Shown here one piece after another: positions 45,296 to 59,424 of a stretch of 64,000 nucleotides of DNA. The first letter of the stretch is position 1. Every line of letters starts with the position of its first letter. A program made the position numbers and the translations under genes. The DNA is from Salpingoeca rosetta. Taxonomy: Eukaryota > Protista > Choanoflagellata. The notes under the pieces were generated by a model, which had not been told where the DNA came from, ran no database searches, and saw nothing but the letters and a program-made list of their open reading frames with translations. The DNA lies in assembly GCA_033442325.1 (NCBI GenBank), contig JAWQFM010000023.1, positions 952,259 through 1,016,258 on the forward strand, given 5' to 3'.

Positions 45296-47155
45296 ATGGA
45301 TGTGACGCTCGACAACGGAGACCCAGAGTATGCGGGTCTGCAAAAGGCCAAGGAGCTGGTCGACGGCTTCCAGGATGTCGATGACAAGTACCCGACCATC
45401 AGCCAGCTGAACATGGAAGGTGAAAACACCTGTGTGTGTGTGTGTGTGTGTCTGTGTCTGTGTCTGTGTCTGTGTGTGTGTGTGTGTATCTGTGTGTGTG
45501 AGTGGTTGCAGGTGGTAGTCGGAGCGTACCAGTGGGAGTATGCGTTGCGTTCACACGTGGATGAACGTAAAACAACCCTGACTCACGGTTCTTCTGGTGT
45601 TTTGTGGCCGCTTCGCTACCAAATTCACGCCTCAGGGGAAGACGCCGAGCTGTATGTCAACGAGACAGACGTTCCACCACAGCGGCACCAGTTTGGCCTG
45701 GACACGGAGATTGAGCAGCAGCTGCAACGTGCGTTGGTGGTGGCGTGCTCTTGTCGTACATGCGGACATGAAACCCTGCAATGCATGTGAGCACGCCTTG
45801 CTTTGCCCGTGGTCGCTTGGCCTGACTGTCGTCATGTTGCACGCTCACGGTTTTCTTGGTGCTCGTTGACACTTGCAGAGGTGCAAGTCCACAGCATGCA
45901 GGGCATCTTCAGTGATATTCAACGCGCGTGGATGACCGTCGACTCGCAGCTCTACATGTGGCACTACTCCGGGTGAGTTACTGCTGCCGCTGTTGTCTGT
46001 CTGTGCGTGTGCATGTGCGTCTGTGAGTGTGTGTGTATGTGTGTGTGTGCGTGTGTGTGTGTGTGAGTGTGTGGGAGTGTGTGTGTGTGCGTGTGTGGGA
46101 GTGTGTGTGTGTGCGTGTTTGTGTGTGGATGTGGATGTGCGCGCGTACGTTCCGGTTTCATAGCGCTTGAATATTTCCGGCAAGGATGTTATCTGCGACA
46201 AGTGCTTGCAATGCCGAACTCACCTATGCACGTACTGTTGCGTGAACCGCATTACAGTAAGGACTTTTGCTGCTACCAGGAGCTGGAGGAGGTCATCGTC
46301 GGCGTCGGCCTCGTCCGCCCAAAGCCAGGTCAGGCAATCGCGTTTGTCGGTGTGCGTGTGTGTGTGTGTGTGTCATGTGCAGTTGTGGGCAGCAACAAAC
46401 ATGTCGCTCTGCGTGTGTGCATGAGACCATCCAGCCTGCTTCTGCGATGCACATCTCACTGCGACACTCCCTCTCCCCCCCCCTCATCCCCACACCATGG
46501 CGACCTACAGGCGTGTACGACGCGAGCATTGAGCACCTGCTTGTGCTGGCAACGCCGCTGATGGTGTATCTGATTGGCGTGGACATGCGCATGGACGAGA
46601 GCGACGTTGGGGAGGTGCACCTCAACCCGGCCGTGCTGCACACAACAGCGACAGACAACGTCTGCTTCACGTGCATTGTCGGCACGCCCGACGGTCGCAT
46701 CTTCATGGGCGGCGACGACGCGGCCATCTACGAAATCCAATACGAGGTGCAGCGTGGAGTAACATGGTGTGGTGTGGCGTGGTGTGGTGTGGCGTGCATG
46801 ATGGGAGGGATGTTGATGGCACATGATGGGGAGGGATGTTGATGAGGGGATCAAGGTGGGAGTTTGTTGTACTGTTGGGTGAAATCGCACCCCCTTGCAT
46901 GCCTCAACCTTTATCCACCACATTTGCATTCATACACGCACATACACGCCCGTGCGACCATGCTAGCGGGATGACGGGTGGCTGCGGCGCAAGTGTCGGA
47001 AGGTGAACCACACCCGCAACCTGCTGTCGTTCCTGATGCCGACGATTGTGACGCAGACGTGGGGGGTGCGCGCCGAACCCATCAGGCAGCTGGTTCTCGA
47101 TCCCACGGGGACAACCCTCTTTGCCCGCTCAGACAACACCATCACGGTATCGCGC

Positions 47156-47232
<77 letters not shown>

Positions 47233-47299
47233 AGAAGGGGGTCTGCCATAGCTTCACTCGCTTTGCTTCAACCTATTCCCCTCCTGCTCCTCCTCCTCG

Positions 47300-47334
<35 letters not shown>

Positions 47335-48418
47335 TGCCATTACCACATCCCGAAAGGCGTACCGGGTGCACGGCGGGTCGCTGTCGCGCGCGTGTGCAAT
47401 GTATGACGAGCGCGGGCGGGCAGACCCGTACCGCCCAGGCCTCCACGGCGCCATCATCACCATTGCCCCAATTGCAGACAACCAGATTGTCGCCGTCACA
47501 GACAAGGGTGTGTACATGCACATGTGTGAATGTGTATGGGGGTTGTGTGCGCGCATGTGCAGATGTGTGGGTGTGTGTGCATGTGTGTGCATGTGTGTTT
47601 GTGTGTGTGTTTGTGTGTGTGCATGTGTGTGCATGTGGGTGGGTGCATATGCATGTGGGTGCGTGAGTCTGGGTGGACATGTACTGATTGGCTTGCGGAT
47701 GTGCCCAGCTTGTTTCGCCAGAGATCCCGTTTCACAGCTGTGCCCTACTCATCGTGTCTGCTGTCTCATGCCACTGATGTGTGTGTGTGTGTGTGTGTGN
47801 NNNNNNNNNNNNNNNNNNNNNNNNNNNNNNNNNNNNNNNNNNNNNNNNNNNNNNNNNNNNNNNNNNNNNNNNNNNNNNNNNNNNNNNNNNNNNNNNNNNN
47901 NNNNNNNNNNNNNNNNNNNNNNNNNNNNNNNNNNNNNNNNNNNNNNNNNNNNNNNNNNNNNNNNNNNNNNNNNNNNNNNNNNNNNNNNNNNNNNNNNNNN
48001 NNNNNNNNNNNNNNNNNNNNNNNNNNNNNNNNNNNNNNNNNNNNNNNNNNNNNNNNNNNNNNNNNNNNNNNNNNNNNNNNNNNNNNNNNNNNNNNNNNNN
48101 NNNNNNNNNNNNNNNNNNNNNNNNNNNNNNNNNNNNNNNNNNNNNNNNNNNNNNNNNNNNNNNNNNNNNNNNNNNNNNNNNNNNNNNNNNNNNNNNNNNN
48201 NNNNNNNNNNNNNNNNNNNNNNNNNNNNNNNNNNNNNNNNNNNNNNNNNNNNNNNNNNNNNNNNNNNNNNNNNNNNNNNNNNNNNNNNNNNNNNNNNNNN
48301 NNNNNNNNNNNNNNNNNNNNNNNNNNNAACCCCTAACCCCTAAACCCCTAAACCCCTAAACCCCTAACCCTAACCCTAACCCTAACCCTAACCTAACCAC
48401 ACACACACACTCACTACG

Positions 48419-48449
<31 letters not shown>

Positions 48450-48457
48450 TCACTCAC

Positions 48458-48536
<79 letters not shown>

Positions 48537-49125
48537 ACACACTTACTCGCACTCGCACTCATCCACATACAACCTACTCACTCGCACTCGCACTCGCACA
48601 CACGGTGCACGCGATGTCTGCAGTTGAGCGATGCGCTGCGCACGGAGCGGTACCAGAACAAGCTCATCACCCAGCACATGCCACCGACGCAGTTTGTGCT
48701 GTTGACATCTGCGGGCACGTTTTACATTGAGGACCGTAGGCCCGTGGACACGCTGGCGTATCACTTTGAGCACGGCCATGCCTCGGGCGCTGCACGCTTT
48801 TTCCAGCCGGCCTTCCCAGAGTCGGTGCTCCAGGGGCTGCCACCCTTCCAAGTCAGCATCAAGCAGCAGGCGTTTGTGCGCGAAGCGTCGGCTGCCGCGC
48901 TCGTGCTTGCATGCAACCCACCGCCAGGTCGTGTCAATGGCACGGAGGAGGAGTAGGAGGGAGGTACATGTGTGTGTGGGGGGGGTGCCTGTGTGGGTGT
49001 ATACATGTGTGTGTGTGTATGCGTGTTTACAAGCTGATGTATTGTCGCGCGGTGCTTTGCTGTCCACTTCTCACGCAATGACACCCACCTAACACACGAC
49101 GACTCACACGTTCTCCCTCAACTGC

Positions 49126-49161
<36 letters not shown>

Positions 49162-50633
49162 GTGCGTGCGTGCGTGTTTGTGCGTGTGTGTGCAGGTGTG
49201 TCCGCTGGGCAGGCTGTTGAGGCGCTGCGGCACCACGGAGGCGCTCCGTTCCACCTCAACAGGCCCGCCGTCTTCCAGCAGCACAGCTTCGTCGGCCAGC
49301 CAGAGCAGGAGCCCGATGTACGTAGCGTGTGTCTGTGCATGTGTGTCTGTGTCTGCGTCTGTGTCTGTGTCTGTGTCTGTGTGTGTGATCACTACCTAGC
49401 TTGCTCGCTTGCTCGCTTGCTCGCTTGCTCGCTTCCATACTTCCCACCCGCTCCTTACTCGTCTACTTCAACTCACTCGCCCCTTGTCCTCTCCCTCACC
49501 CACCGCAACGCCCTCCCTCCTCCTCCCGCCCCCTCTTCAGCTTGTGCTCTCTGGGCGGCACGATGCGGTGTTCCAGCTCATTGGCCGCGTTGCCCGCACG
49601 TTCCACTGGAAGCGCCCGCTGCTCGGTGCTGCCAGTGCCGCCGCCTCCATTGGCGACCCGGCCGTCCTCTCCTCCTCCCTCGCCCTCATGGATGGCCTCC
49701 AGCGCGTGCTTGTTGCCGTGTACGACAAGGTTGAGCCCATCGCCGCACCCATTGGCGGCAAGCTCGCCCCGCGCGATGAGGAGCGTGCGTCCATCTACAC
49801 CGCGAGCGTGCTCATCACGTACGTGCAGCAGGCGCTGCGGCTGTGGGCGATTCTCACGCAGGAGCCGGACGTGTTCACCACGCTCGCAGGCGATCTCTCG
49901 TCGCAGGAGCGCGCCATGCTTGAGAGCATCTCCTTCTGGGACCTGGCCACCACGCGCGAGGGCAACAGGCTGGCCCGCACGCTCATTGAGAAGATGCTCA
50001 TGCGCCTGGTGCGCGCAAATGAGTCTGACACGTTTTCCCGCCGCACGAAGGAGCTGCATGACGCGTGCCCGCTCTTCCACTCGTCCCGCGCCATGCTCGA
50101 GTCAAAGGTGGGCGAGTGGTTGTGTGTGTCTGTGTGTCTGTGTGTCTGTGTGGGTGTCTGTGTGTGTGTGTGTGTGTGCCTGCCTGTCCGTCTGGCTATC
50201 TGCCTGTTTGTCCGTCTGCCTGTCTGCCTGTGTAGATGTCTGCCTGTCTGCCTGTTTAGATGTCTGTATACGTGCGTGCAAGTACCAAGGAAGTACCCCT
50301 GCTGCACGTCGCGAGCGATTCCAAACCGTTGACGCCCTCATACTCACACGAACACCGACTGCTTTCCTTCCCATGTGCGCAGGCCAAAGAGCAGCTGGTG
50401 CGTGCTGAGCAAGTGCTGGCCACGCCCGGCATGGACGCAGCGGCCGCCCGCAAGGAGGCGTCCCGATATTTGACGGGTGTCGTTCGTGATTATCAGCGCA
50501 TCTTCAAGGACGACAACACAACACGCGGCCTTGCTGACATCTGCACCCGTCTCCTCAAGCTTGAGCACTGGGAAGGCATTACCGTAAGCGAACACGTGTT
50601 GCATGGCGCTGTCGCAGGCTAGGAAGGCTGATT

Positions 50634-50678
<45 letters not shown>

Positions 50679-51683
50679 GTTTTGTTACCCGTGTTATCAT
50701 TGCAATCACCACCTGCACCGCCGTCTCACCACGCCCACGACGGCCATGCGTGTGTGTGTGCAGCGGCTTGTGCTGACGTGTGCCGAGCTGGAGCGGCTTG
50801 AGCCCGCAGTGACGTACTACCGCCGCGGCGAGCCCCCAGAGGACATTGAGGGCATGCGCGCAAACGAGGAGCGCGAACTCTGCTACGAACAGGTGTGCTG
50901 TGGTGTGTTGTGGGGTCGTATACTGTGGTGCGGTGTCGTTTTCTGTGGTGTGGTGGGGTGCGTTGTGGGGGTGGTGTGTTGTGTCTATTCTTTGTGCATC
51001 GTATCCGTTCATTCTCACACCATGTCGCCAACCCCTTGTCCCTCTCCTGCTCCTCCCCGTGCCCAGCTGCGCACGATGCTGACGGAGCTGCTTGGCCGCG
51101 CGCTTCAGACGGGCCCGGCCCAACAGCAGTACGAACGCGACCTCCACGCCCAAATTGCCGTCGTGAGTCGCATGTCATTGTGTTGGGGGGGGGGGTGGCA
51201 GGGAAAAATACCTGTGCTTGTCTGGGGGTCTGTGGGTGGCTGGGGGTGGGGCCGTGGGTGGATGTGTGTGTGTGTGTGTGCGTGTGCGTGTGTGCGTGTG
51301 TGTGTGTGTGCGTGTGCGTGTGTGCGTGTGTGTGTGTGTGTGTGTGTAGTTGAATTCGCCGTTCCTTGAGGACTGGCTGCAGCGCGTGGAGGACAAATAT
51401 TCCGATGATCCAAAGGCCCTGCGCGAGGTCAGCGCGACAGCTTGCGTGTGTGTGTGTGTGTGTGTGTGTGTGCTTTCTGTCATCATCATTTCAGTTGACT
51501 TCATCCTTCAACGCGTTCACGTGCTCCTGTGTGTGTGTGTGTGTTTGCGTGTGTGTGTGTGTGTAGATTTTGAGCCTCAAGTTTGACTATTTCCGGGAGA
51601 AGCGCAATGCAAAGCGGTTGGCCGAGACAGCGTGCCAGCTCGCCCGCCTCTCGTACGTTCAACACGTGTTGCGCGCGCGCGTT

Positions 51684-51714
<31 letters not shown>

Positions 51715-52933
51715 CTTTGTTTGTGTGTCTTTGTAATTTGTGTCCGTGCACCAAACTTGTTTGTGTGCTGCAGTTCATTTCCTGACGGCTGTTGTGCGTG
51801 TTGGTGCAGGAATGACGACCGCACGTTCAAGGAGCGCGTCACCCAGCTCACTGCGTCGTCGGCACTTTAATTGTATCTTCCCCAATGATCACCTCTACAC
51901 CCACGTTCCAACCAACTCACTCAAACACACATCACCTCTACACCCACGTTCCAACCAACTCACTCAAACACACACACATTCACACACACATTCACACACG
52001 CGTCCTTTGCCTGTTCTCCAAACTGCTGCAGCCTGGAGAGCCAGAGCCGGTACATGCAGGGGGCAGATGCGATGGGGACGGCGCAGCACGTTGCGCAGCT
52101 GCTGCGAACGCTGCGGGACATGAAGCGTGCGGCGTACCACCAGGAGCAGGTCATCCGCGCCCTCGACGCCGCAAAGGACGCCGCAGCCATCCACCAGCAG
52201 GAGTACGCGCACCAATTGCTGCTGTCGTGTGTGTGTGGGTGTGGGTGTGTGTGGACCTACGTCTCTCCATGGTGAAGGTGTGATGTTGTTGCCCAAACTT
52301 CGGTTGTTCTTACACAACTGTGCACTGTTGCGATGATTGCAGGGCAAATGCCGCCATTGTGCAGCTGAACAGCAGATTGTGGCCGCTTGATGACGTGCGT
52401 TTCGCTCTCCGTGTGCTGTCTCTGTTTCTGCTGATGTACACCGTGTTTTGACTGACGTGCACACACACACACGCACTCTCGTCGCCACATACACCTACTC
52501 ATTCACGCATGCACATCACTCACATCACTCACCCATGCATGGCATGATCGTGTCACGCACCGCTCGCCATGTGCGCGTGTGCTGTTGTGCAGTTGCTGCG
52601 TCGGTTCTCGGAGCCGTTCCGGCTGTACGAGTGCCAGCTTGCCCAGCGTCTCGCACAGGGGCGCATCACGCCAAAGGAGCACTCGCAGATCTGGCACAAC
52701 ATTGTGCAGCAGACGTGGCAGCACGCCAGCCGCATCCCCGGGCGCGACACGCTGGAGGTGGTGGAGGAGGTGATGACCCGCCTGGCCGAGATTATGAAGC
52801 CCCTCAGGGACGACGACACAGAGGCTCCAAGTCCGTAACAAAGGGGGGGGGGAAGGGGGAGCTGTGTGTGTCTGTGTGTGTGTGTGTGTGTGTGGTTGTG
52901 TGTGATTGTGTGTGTGTGTGATTGTGTGTGTGT

Positions 52934-52964
<31 letters not shown>

Positions 52965-53942
52965 AGTGAGTGAGAGAGTATCTGTGTGTGTGTGTGTGTG
53001 ATTGTGTGGCTGTGTGGCTGTGTGTCTGTCTGCCTGTACCTTTCTGCGCCTCTCTGCTTCCCTTTCCTAAGATGCATATATTCATGCCATCCACCTCTTG
53101 ACCGATGCCTGACGATGCTGACATTGCCTCTGTTTCCCTTGCCCTTCCTTGTCCTGCCTGCAGGCTTGATTGCGGTGTGGATGGAGCAGTACCTGGCCGA
53201 GAACGGGACAGACACCATGGTGGTTGTCGACAAACTGCACAAGATTGCCGGCTACGACTGGTCCTTCCTCTTCAACCTCTACTGCAAGCTCGACGTCGAG
53301 CAGGTTCGTGCGTGCGTGTCTCTGTGTGTGTGCGTGTGTGTGTGCGCGCGCGCGTGCGTACGTGATTGTGTGTTTGTGTCTCTGTCTTTGTGTCTGTGTG
53401 TGTGTGTGTCTGTGTGTTTGATGTTTCGATGTCTATGTGTGTGTGTGCGCGCTGTGGTTCTTTCGTGCCTCTCGGCGTCTCCAGTGCTCTTTCCTCACAC
53501 CATCGCCACCCATTACCATCCACCACCTCACATGATGAGCAGCAGCAGTTCATGCTGAAGGCGAACCGCCCGCTGCATCTTGTGCGTGTGTTGGCGGGGA
53601 TTCTCAAGTGCTGGAAGCGCGAGGCAACGCGCAGCGAACGGTGAGTTGCCACACACAAACTGCTGCTGATGCTGCTGGGAGGGGGTGCCACTGCTGACGA
53701 TGATCTTCACTCACCCCCTCTCACACTAACTCTCTCACTCACTCACCCACTCTCACACTAACTCACTCACTCACTCACTGCACCCACTCACCCACTCCAC
53801 TCACTGCACCGCCATCCCCTCCCAACTTGCCAGGCTGTCACTGCACCAGGCGCTGAGCATCACGCTGCCGGAGCTGATTGCAAAAGCGGCGGCGGAGGGC
53901 GACAACGGCCTCAAGTCAGACCTCGCACAACTCCAGCTCTGA
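45296..53942 (+). CDS. NUP155: Nuclear pore complex protein Nup155 (multi-exon; part of the sequence lies in gap 47800-48327)
   Basis: GIFSDIQRAWMTVDSQLYMWHY, EEVIVGVGLVRPKPG, IEHLLVLATP, GTPDGRIFMGGDDAAIYEIQYE, GWLRRKCRKVNHT, QHMPPTQFVLLTSAG, EERASI, NSPFLEDWL. Stop at 53942. Confidence 0.93.
48328..48398 (+). repeat. Interstitial telomere-like repeats (CCCTAA / CCCCTAAA variants) inside a Nup155 intron
   Basis: aacccctaacccctaaacccctaaacccctaaacccctaaccctaaccctaaccctaaccctaacctaacc immediately after the N gap, followed by CA/CT microsatellites. Confidence 0.85.
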
Positions 53943-54132
53943 TGTGCGCGCACACGTCTGTGCTTGTTTGTCTCTGTGTGTGTGTCTGTGTGTGTGTGTG
54001 TGTCTGTTGGGTTTGGTGCATTTGCTTGTGTGGGAGGGTTTCGTTTCATTTAAGGTCCCTTGACAAATACAAACGAAGAAGAAACGGCAGCACACAGAGG
54101 CCAGCAGGAAAGCGAGGGTGCACACACACACA

Positions 54133-54240
<108 letters not shown>

Positions 54241-54298
54241 AGAAGCATGCACGAACACACGCACACACGCACACACATGCACAAGAAGCATGCACGCG

Positions 54299-55125
54299 TT
54301 ACTTTGTCCGCTTCTTGGCGCGCTTGCTTCTGTTGGCCTCCAGCTCTGCTTGAATGCGAGCAAACTCGTCCTCGGAGGGCATGTCCTGCAGCTTCTTGCC
54401 CTTGGTGTACCGGTGCTCAAGGTCTGCAAACGCCTTCTTGCGCTCCTGCTGCCGCCGCATAATCATGAGTGCAAGGTCTTCCCCGCCATCGCTGCCGCTG
54501 TTGCGTGTGCCTGATTTCCCCTTTGTCTTCTTGCCCCTAGTTGCAGATGCCTTTGCCGCTGCCTTGGCTTTTGCAGCCTGCTTGGCCTCCTTCTTCGCCT
54601 GCTGCAGCAGCAGCTTCTCCTTCTTCTTGTCTCTGAACGCCGGGTAGTCGCCAACTTCGCCGGCAGCAATCCACGCTTCAATCTTGGCGCGGAAACGGTC
54701 CAGGTCTGACAGCGGGTCGCTCAGCGGCACAAAGGAGAAGATGGCCTTCAAATCGCCCTCGTGCTGCCGGTATGCCGTCTTCAGGTCCTCGTCCTCTTCC
54801 TCGGATCCCTTGTACGAACTCGAGAAGTTGGCGATGTCTTCCTCAGTCAGTGCCGGGAACAGCTCATGCCAGTACTCCTCCCTGCGCAGTTGTACGTGTG
54901 TGTGTGTGTGTGTGAAAACAAGAGACGCGTACAAACGCAGGGTACGGATATGCGCTCTTGCTCTCATTCCAAACGACTGTCTGTCGCAGCAAGCATGTGC
55001 TGTCGCTCTTGCTCTCATTCCAAACGACTCAAGTACCAAGAAAAGTCTGGGTCGGAAGGCAGGTCCTCGTCATCAATCACACCGGTGCGATCGTAAGACT
55101 GCAAGCGAAACAGCGCGTATTGTAT

Positions 55126-55169
<44 letters not shown>

Positions 55170-55524
55170 TATTGTATGGTGTGTGTGTGTGTGTTGTGTG
55201 CATGATCCATGAGCGATTTGATACAGCAGACGCACACAGACAAGCGTGAGGCGCAGTCAATGTAGTAGCAGCAGCATCGGTGACGAAGCACACCTTTCGC
55301 CGAGATGGGCTACACAGGAACTTGTGCGCACGACTGATGAGCTGGAACTTGGTGGTGGCCTCCGGGTCGCTGCCTGCTTTGTCTGGATGGTATCTGAGCG
55401 CTTGTCTGCGAAAGGCCTTCTTCAGATCCTCCTGGCTTGCATCCCGCTCCACGCAAAACAACTTGTACAGGTCCGTCGTGCCAAACACACGCTCCAGCTC
55501 GTCGCCGAGCAGGGTGGTGCTCAT
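54299..55524 (-). CDS. DNAJC9: DnaJ homolog subfamily C member 9-like co-chaperone, 3 exons
   Basis: J domain DLYKLFCVERDASQEDLKKAFRRQALRYHPDK, then YDRTGVIDD. The C-terminal region has the DNAJC9 motifs YKGSEEEDEDLKTAY and DLALMIMRRQQER...FADLEHRY. Confidence 0.9.
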
Positions 55525-56387
55525 CGTCGCGTGAGGTGTTGTGTCGCCGTTCGTTGAAAAAAATGGCGCCGGATTTCCGTGTCGTTTGCGACACGATAAA
55601 GCGTAGCAAGTTGGAGGAGTGTTCGAGGCAGCCTCGTGTAAAACGCGTGCAGTCGTTGTTGTCGTGTTGTTGAATGTAGGGTGCTGTTGTTGTTGTTGCT
55701 GTTGTTGTTGTTGTTGTTTGCCATCTGAGCATGCAATGACAAGCAACGACAACAGCTGGCACAAGACTGCAAAGAACAAAGCGCAAGTCCTCAAGTCCGT
55801 TGGAGCGTTGCACAAACAGACAGAGCGCGTGTAGGTCTAGGTGTTGTGATGATGTGAGAACAAGTATTCTTGTATCGGCGTATCTTGCCCACCAGGCCAA
55901 CAAATGGCCATCACAACGACTTGTCACATTGCCGAGCACTTATTTTCAAGGCGTTGTTGTGTTGCCTCACAACAGTGTGTCTGCGTTGAAGTTGTACGCA
56001 TCTCCAGATCCCTCGTTGTTTGTCGCAATGGTTCTCCCCCCTCTTCACGTGTTGCTCTTGTTTTCTCCTCATTCTTCCAGCCATCAGCCGTTTTCTCGCT
56101 TATATGTTGCGTGCACATGTTCTTGCTTCATGTAGTCATGTGCAGGCACACCCCTTAATCGATCAGCCATGCTAATGCTTTGTGGAGCACAACACTACAC
56201 ACCTCACAATGGCAAGATGACGTGATGGTGTGGCGAATCTTCACTTTTTGGCTACACGTGTACCACCGCAACGATTGTGACATCAAAGTGACATGCTACA
56301 CCGACGTCTCCCGCTCTCCCACAGCTCCTACACAGCAACAGCAGGCCCAAGCAAGAAGAAAAGCCACACGCACACGCACACGACAGC

Positions 56388-56834
56388 CTACTCTAGCCCT
56401 CTGCCATCCCCATCCCCTCCCTCTTCGTCGTCGTCGTCATCGCCATCATCATCGTCGCCATCATCGTCATCGCTGCTGTCACTGTCCGCCTCATCCTCAA
56501 TCTCCGGCAGGGGGAATCTCAGGATCGCCGCAATCCCTGTGTCGTTGCGTACGTGTGCGTGAGCGCGTACGGGCGTGAAGGGTGGACAAGTACTTGGAAA
56601 CAGCAGCATGCGCGTAAGCAAGGCAAGCACGTAAGGTAAGGCAGGCATCTGTACCGCTTATTTGTGCAAGCTGTTCCCCAGACACGTGTAAGCTCGAAAA
56701 CTCCCTGAGCAGGGCAGTTGAGACAAAGGTGGCAAGAGCCAAGGCACATCCCTGAGTTATGGAAGCGACAAAGCGGTACAGACACGGTACCAGCACAATG
56801 CAGTGGCAACAACAACAACAACAGCAGCAGCAGC

Positions 56835-56872
<38 letters not shown>

Positions 56873-58742
56873 CTTAAACAACAACAACAACAACTTAAAC
56901 AACAACAAGAACAACTTAAACAACAACAGCTTAAACAACTTCAACAACTTCAACAACAACAACTTAAACAACAACAACAGCAACAACAACAGCAACAACA
57001 ACAACTTAAACGGCGTCCACGAGGGCTGCGTACTTCTTCCTCTCCACGATGTTGTTCGAGCGGAAGAGTGAGTCTGTGATGAGAACGAGGGCTGCGTACT
57101 TCTTCCTCTCCACGATGTTGTTCGAGCGGAAGAGTGAGTCTGTGATGAGAAGCGTCTCCACAGCGTGCTTCTCCGTCGCCAAGAGCACGTGCTTGTAGCC
57201 GTAGAATGCGCGGTCGGGCTCTTTGCTCATCATCTCAAAGAACGCATTCAGCGCATGCACTTCTTGCGCCGCCTATCACGCGTGTGAGGGTGAGTGTGCA
57301 TGCGTGCATGTGTGAGTGTGCATGTGTGCGTGCGTGCATGCGTGCGCGTGTGTGAACGGCAAGCGTGCATCATCATCATCATCGTCGTCGTCGTCGTCAA
57401 GCAGGCATGAAGTGTTGCCTCACCTTTGTGTCTTTCACGCGCGCTTGCACCTCCTCATTTGCCAGCACAGCTGTTGCAACACCAGAACAAACACATCAAT
57501 GAGCAACATAAACGCACACGCACACACGCACACGCACACACACACACACACACGCGCAAAGGCATGCATTCGCTGCAATTGCAGCCCACTCACTCTTGAG
57601 GTCGTGCACGTGCGACGAAGGACATGTGACGGTCATAAAGCATCCTTTGTTGTTTTTGATAGCTGCAATGTCATGTTGCGTCGCCTTTGCCAACATATAC
57701 TTCAAGAAGTCCTCCTGCAACCACACACACACAGAGCACATGCATATGAGTGAGGAACGTAAGAACAAGCCGACGGCTCCAGCCATTCAGCTATCACCAC
57801 AACATACAGACACCACCACCACTGTCGTCACAACGTATACAGGCGTGGTGACGTACAGCGAGGAAGCCGGGGCTGGCGAGTATGACTGCCTTGACAACTA
57901 CAAACCCGCACCACCACAACAACAGCGACAGCCACAGGTGGGCAGGCACGAAAGCACAGCATTGCACAGCACGGCACAGCACAGCATGTGAGCAAGACAC
58001 TGGTTGAGCAGTGTGCAGCGTGAGCAATTGGCGCGAAAGGGGCGGTGAGGTGGTGGCTAAGAAAAGCAGGCGTTCGCACCATCAAAGTCGATGTGTTTGC
58101 GGATGGCCTGGAACACCTCGTCAAAGAAGCGTGTCAGCGCCTGGCGATGAAGGTTGGCGATGAAGGTTGGCGATGAAGGTTGGTGGCAGGCAGAGTTGGC
58201 ACAAGTTTACGCATGCACACAGACAGACAGACAGACAGACAGACACAGACCCAGACCTTGTCGCGTGCGGATGCGTTCATCTTGCGTTTCTTGGGAATGT
58301 TGACGAGGATCTTGGCGCGCACAAGCGTCATATTTGTGGTGATCAAGCACACGTTTGCCTTGCCTGGCGTGTTTGCATATCAGTGAAGGGGTGTGTGGAG
58401 GAGGGTGAGCAAGGGGAAGGAGGGTGTATGGCGCGAAGCAAAAGAGACAGCCTGCGAAATGTTGTGCAGTATGAGAAGTGACCGTACCTGGCTCCATGAG
58501 GACGGCTGCAAGATCAGCAGACTTGACTGGGTTGACGGCCAGCTCTGTTCACGAGGGCGAGGAGATGACAAGTGGGGAGGGGGAAGATTCAGGGGTGGGT
58601 GACAGGCAGGAAGGAAGGAGGACAGGGATGGGCGAGGGAAGAGAGGAGTGAAGGAAGGAAGGAAGGAAGGAAGGAGAAACGTGGAGACGAGCAGACAGAC
58701 AGACAGACAGACAGACAGACACACACACACACACACTCACAC

Positions 58743-58791
<49 letters not shown>

Positions 58792-59424
58792 GAGACATAC
58801 CGAGTCGCTCCAGCTCGACAGAGGTCCATTCTGTCTTTCGCAGCGTAAACGCACGCCGCAGTCCAAGCTCCAGCGTGTGGTATTGTCCCAGCTGTTGTTG
58901 GTGTTGTGACGATCAGGAGTACCAACACTTCGTAAGAAGACGACACGGCTCGTTACCGCACTGAGATAGACATGCAGACACACACAGACACACAGACACA
59001 CAGACACACAGACACACAGACACACAGACACACACACGCACACACAGACAGACACACAGACACACAGACACACACACACACACACACACACAGACACACA
59101 GACACACAGACACACACGCACACGCAGAGGCGTCCTGACCTTGACAAACTTGTTCTCCTCCACGTTCTTTCCCTTGAGGCGAATGGTTGAGCCCTCAGGA
59201 TCAAAGTCGATGTCCTCCACACGCACGGCAAGGTTGAGCATCACCTTCTCCGACACCTGCGAGCCGGTGGCCGTCTCCCTCTGCACCTTGCGCGACGTCT
59301 TCGCCTTCACCACGTCGCCTTCGTGGATTAGGTTGTACAGCTGCCACATGTCCTCGGCCTCCACAGCCTCCACGCGCACCTCCCCGCCGCCCTCATTGTC
59401 GAAGTTGCGTCTCAGCAGCTTCAT
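56388..59424 (-). CDS. PELO: Pelota/Dom34 ribosome-rescue factor (multi-exon; the 3' region is anomalous)
   Basis: [106 protein letters not shown] duplication and an in-frame TAA occur at 57150-57006. Confidence 0.92.
56807..57010. repeat. (AAC)n microsatellite punctuated by AACTTAAAC units
   Basis: Direct inspection; it abuts the Pelota exon. Confidence 0.95.
57019..57150. repeat. Perfect 66-bp tandem duplication within a Pelota exon
   Basis: Copies at 57019-57084 and 57085-57150 encode [22 protein letters not shown] twice. Confidence 0.95.

Noticed and set aside
48328-48398. True chromosome end
   Set aside because: Nup155 exons continue in order on both sides.
56807-57150. Regular repeats as a possible CRISPR array
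   Set aside because: The context is eukaryotic, there are no unique spacers and no cas genes; these are a microsatellite and a tandem duplication.
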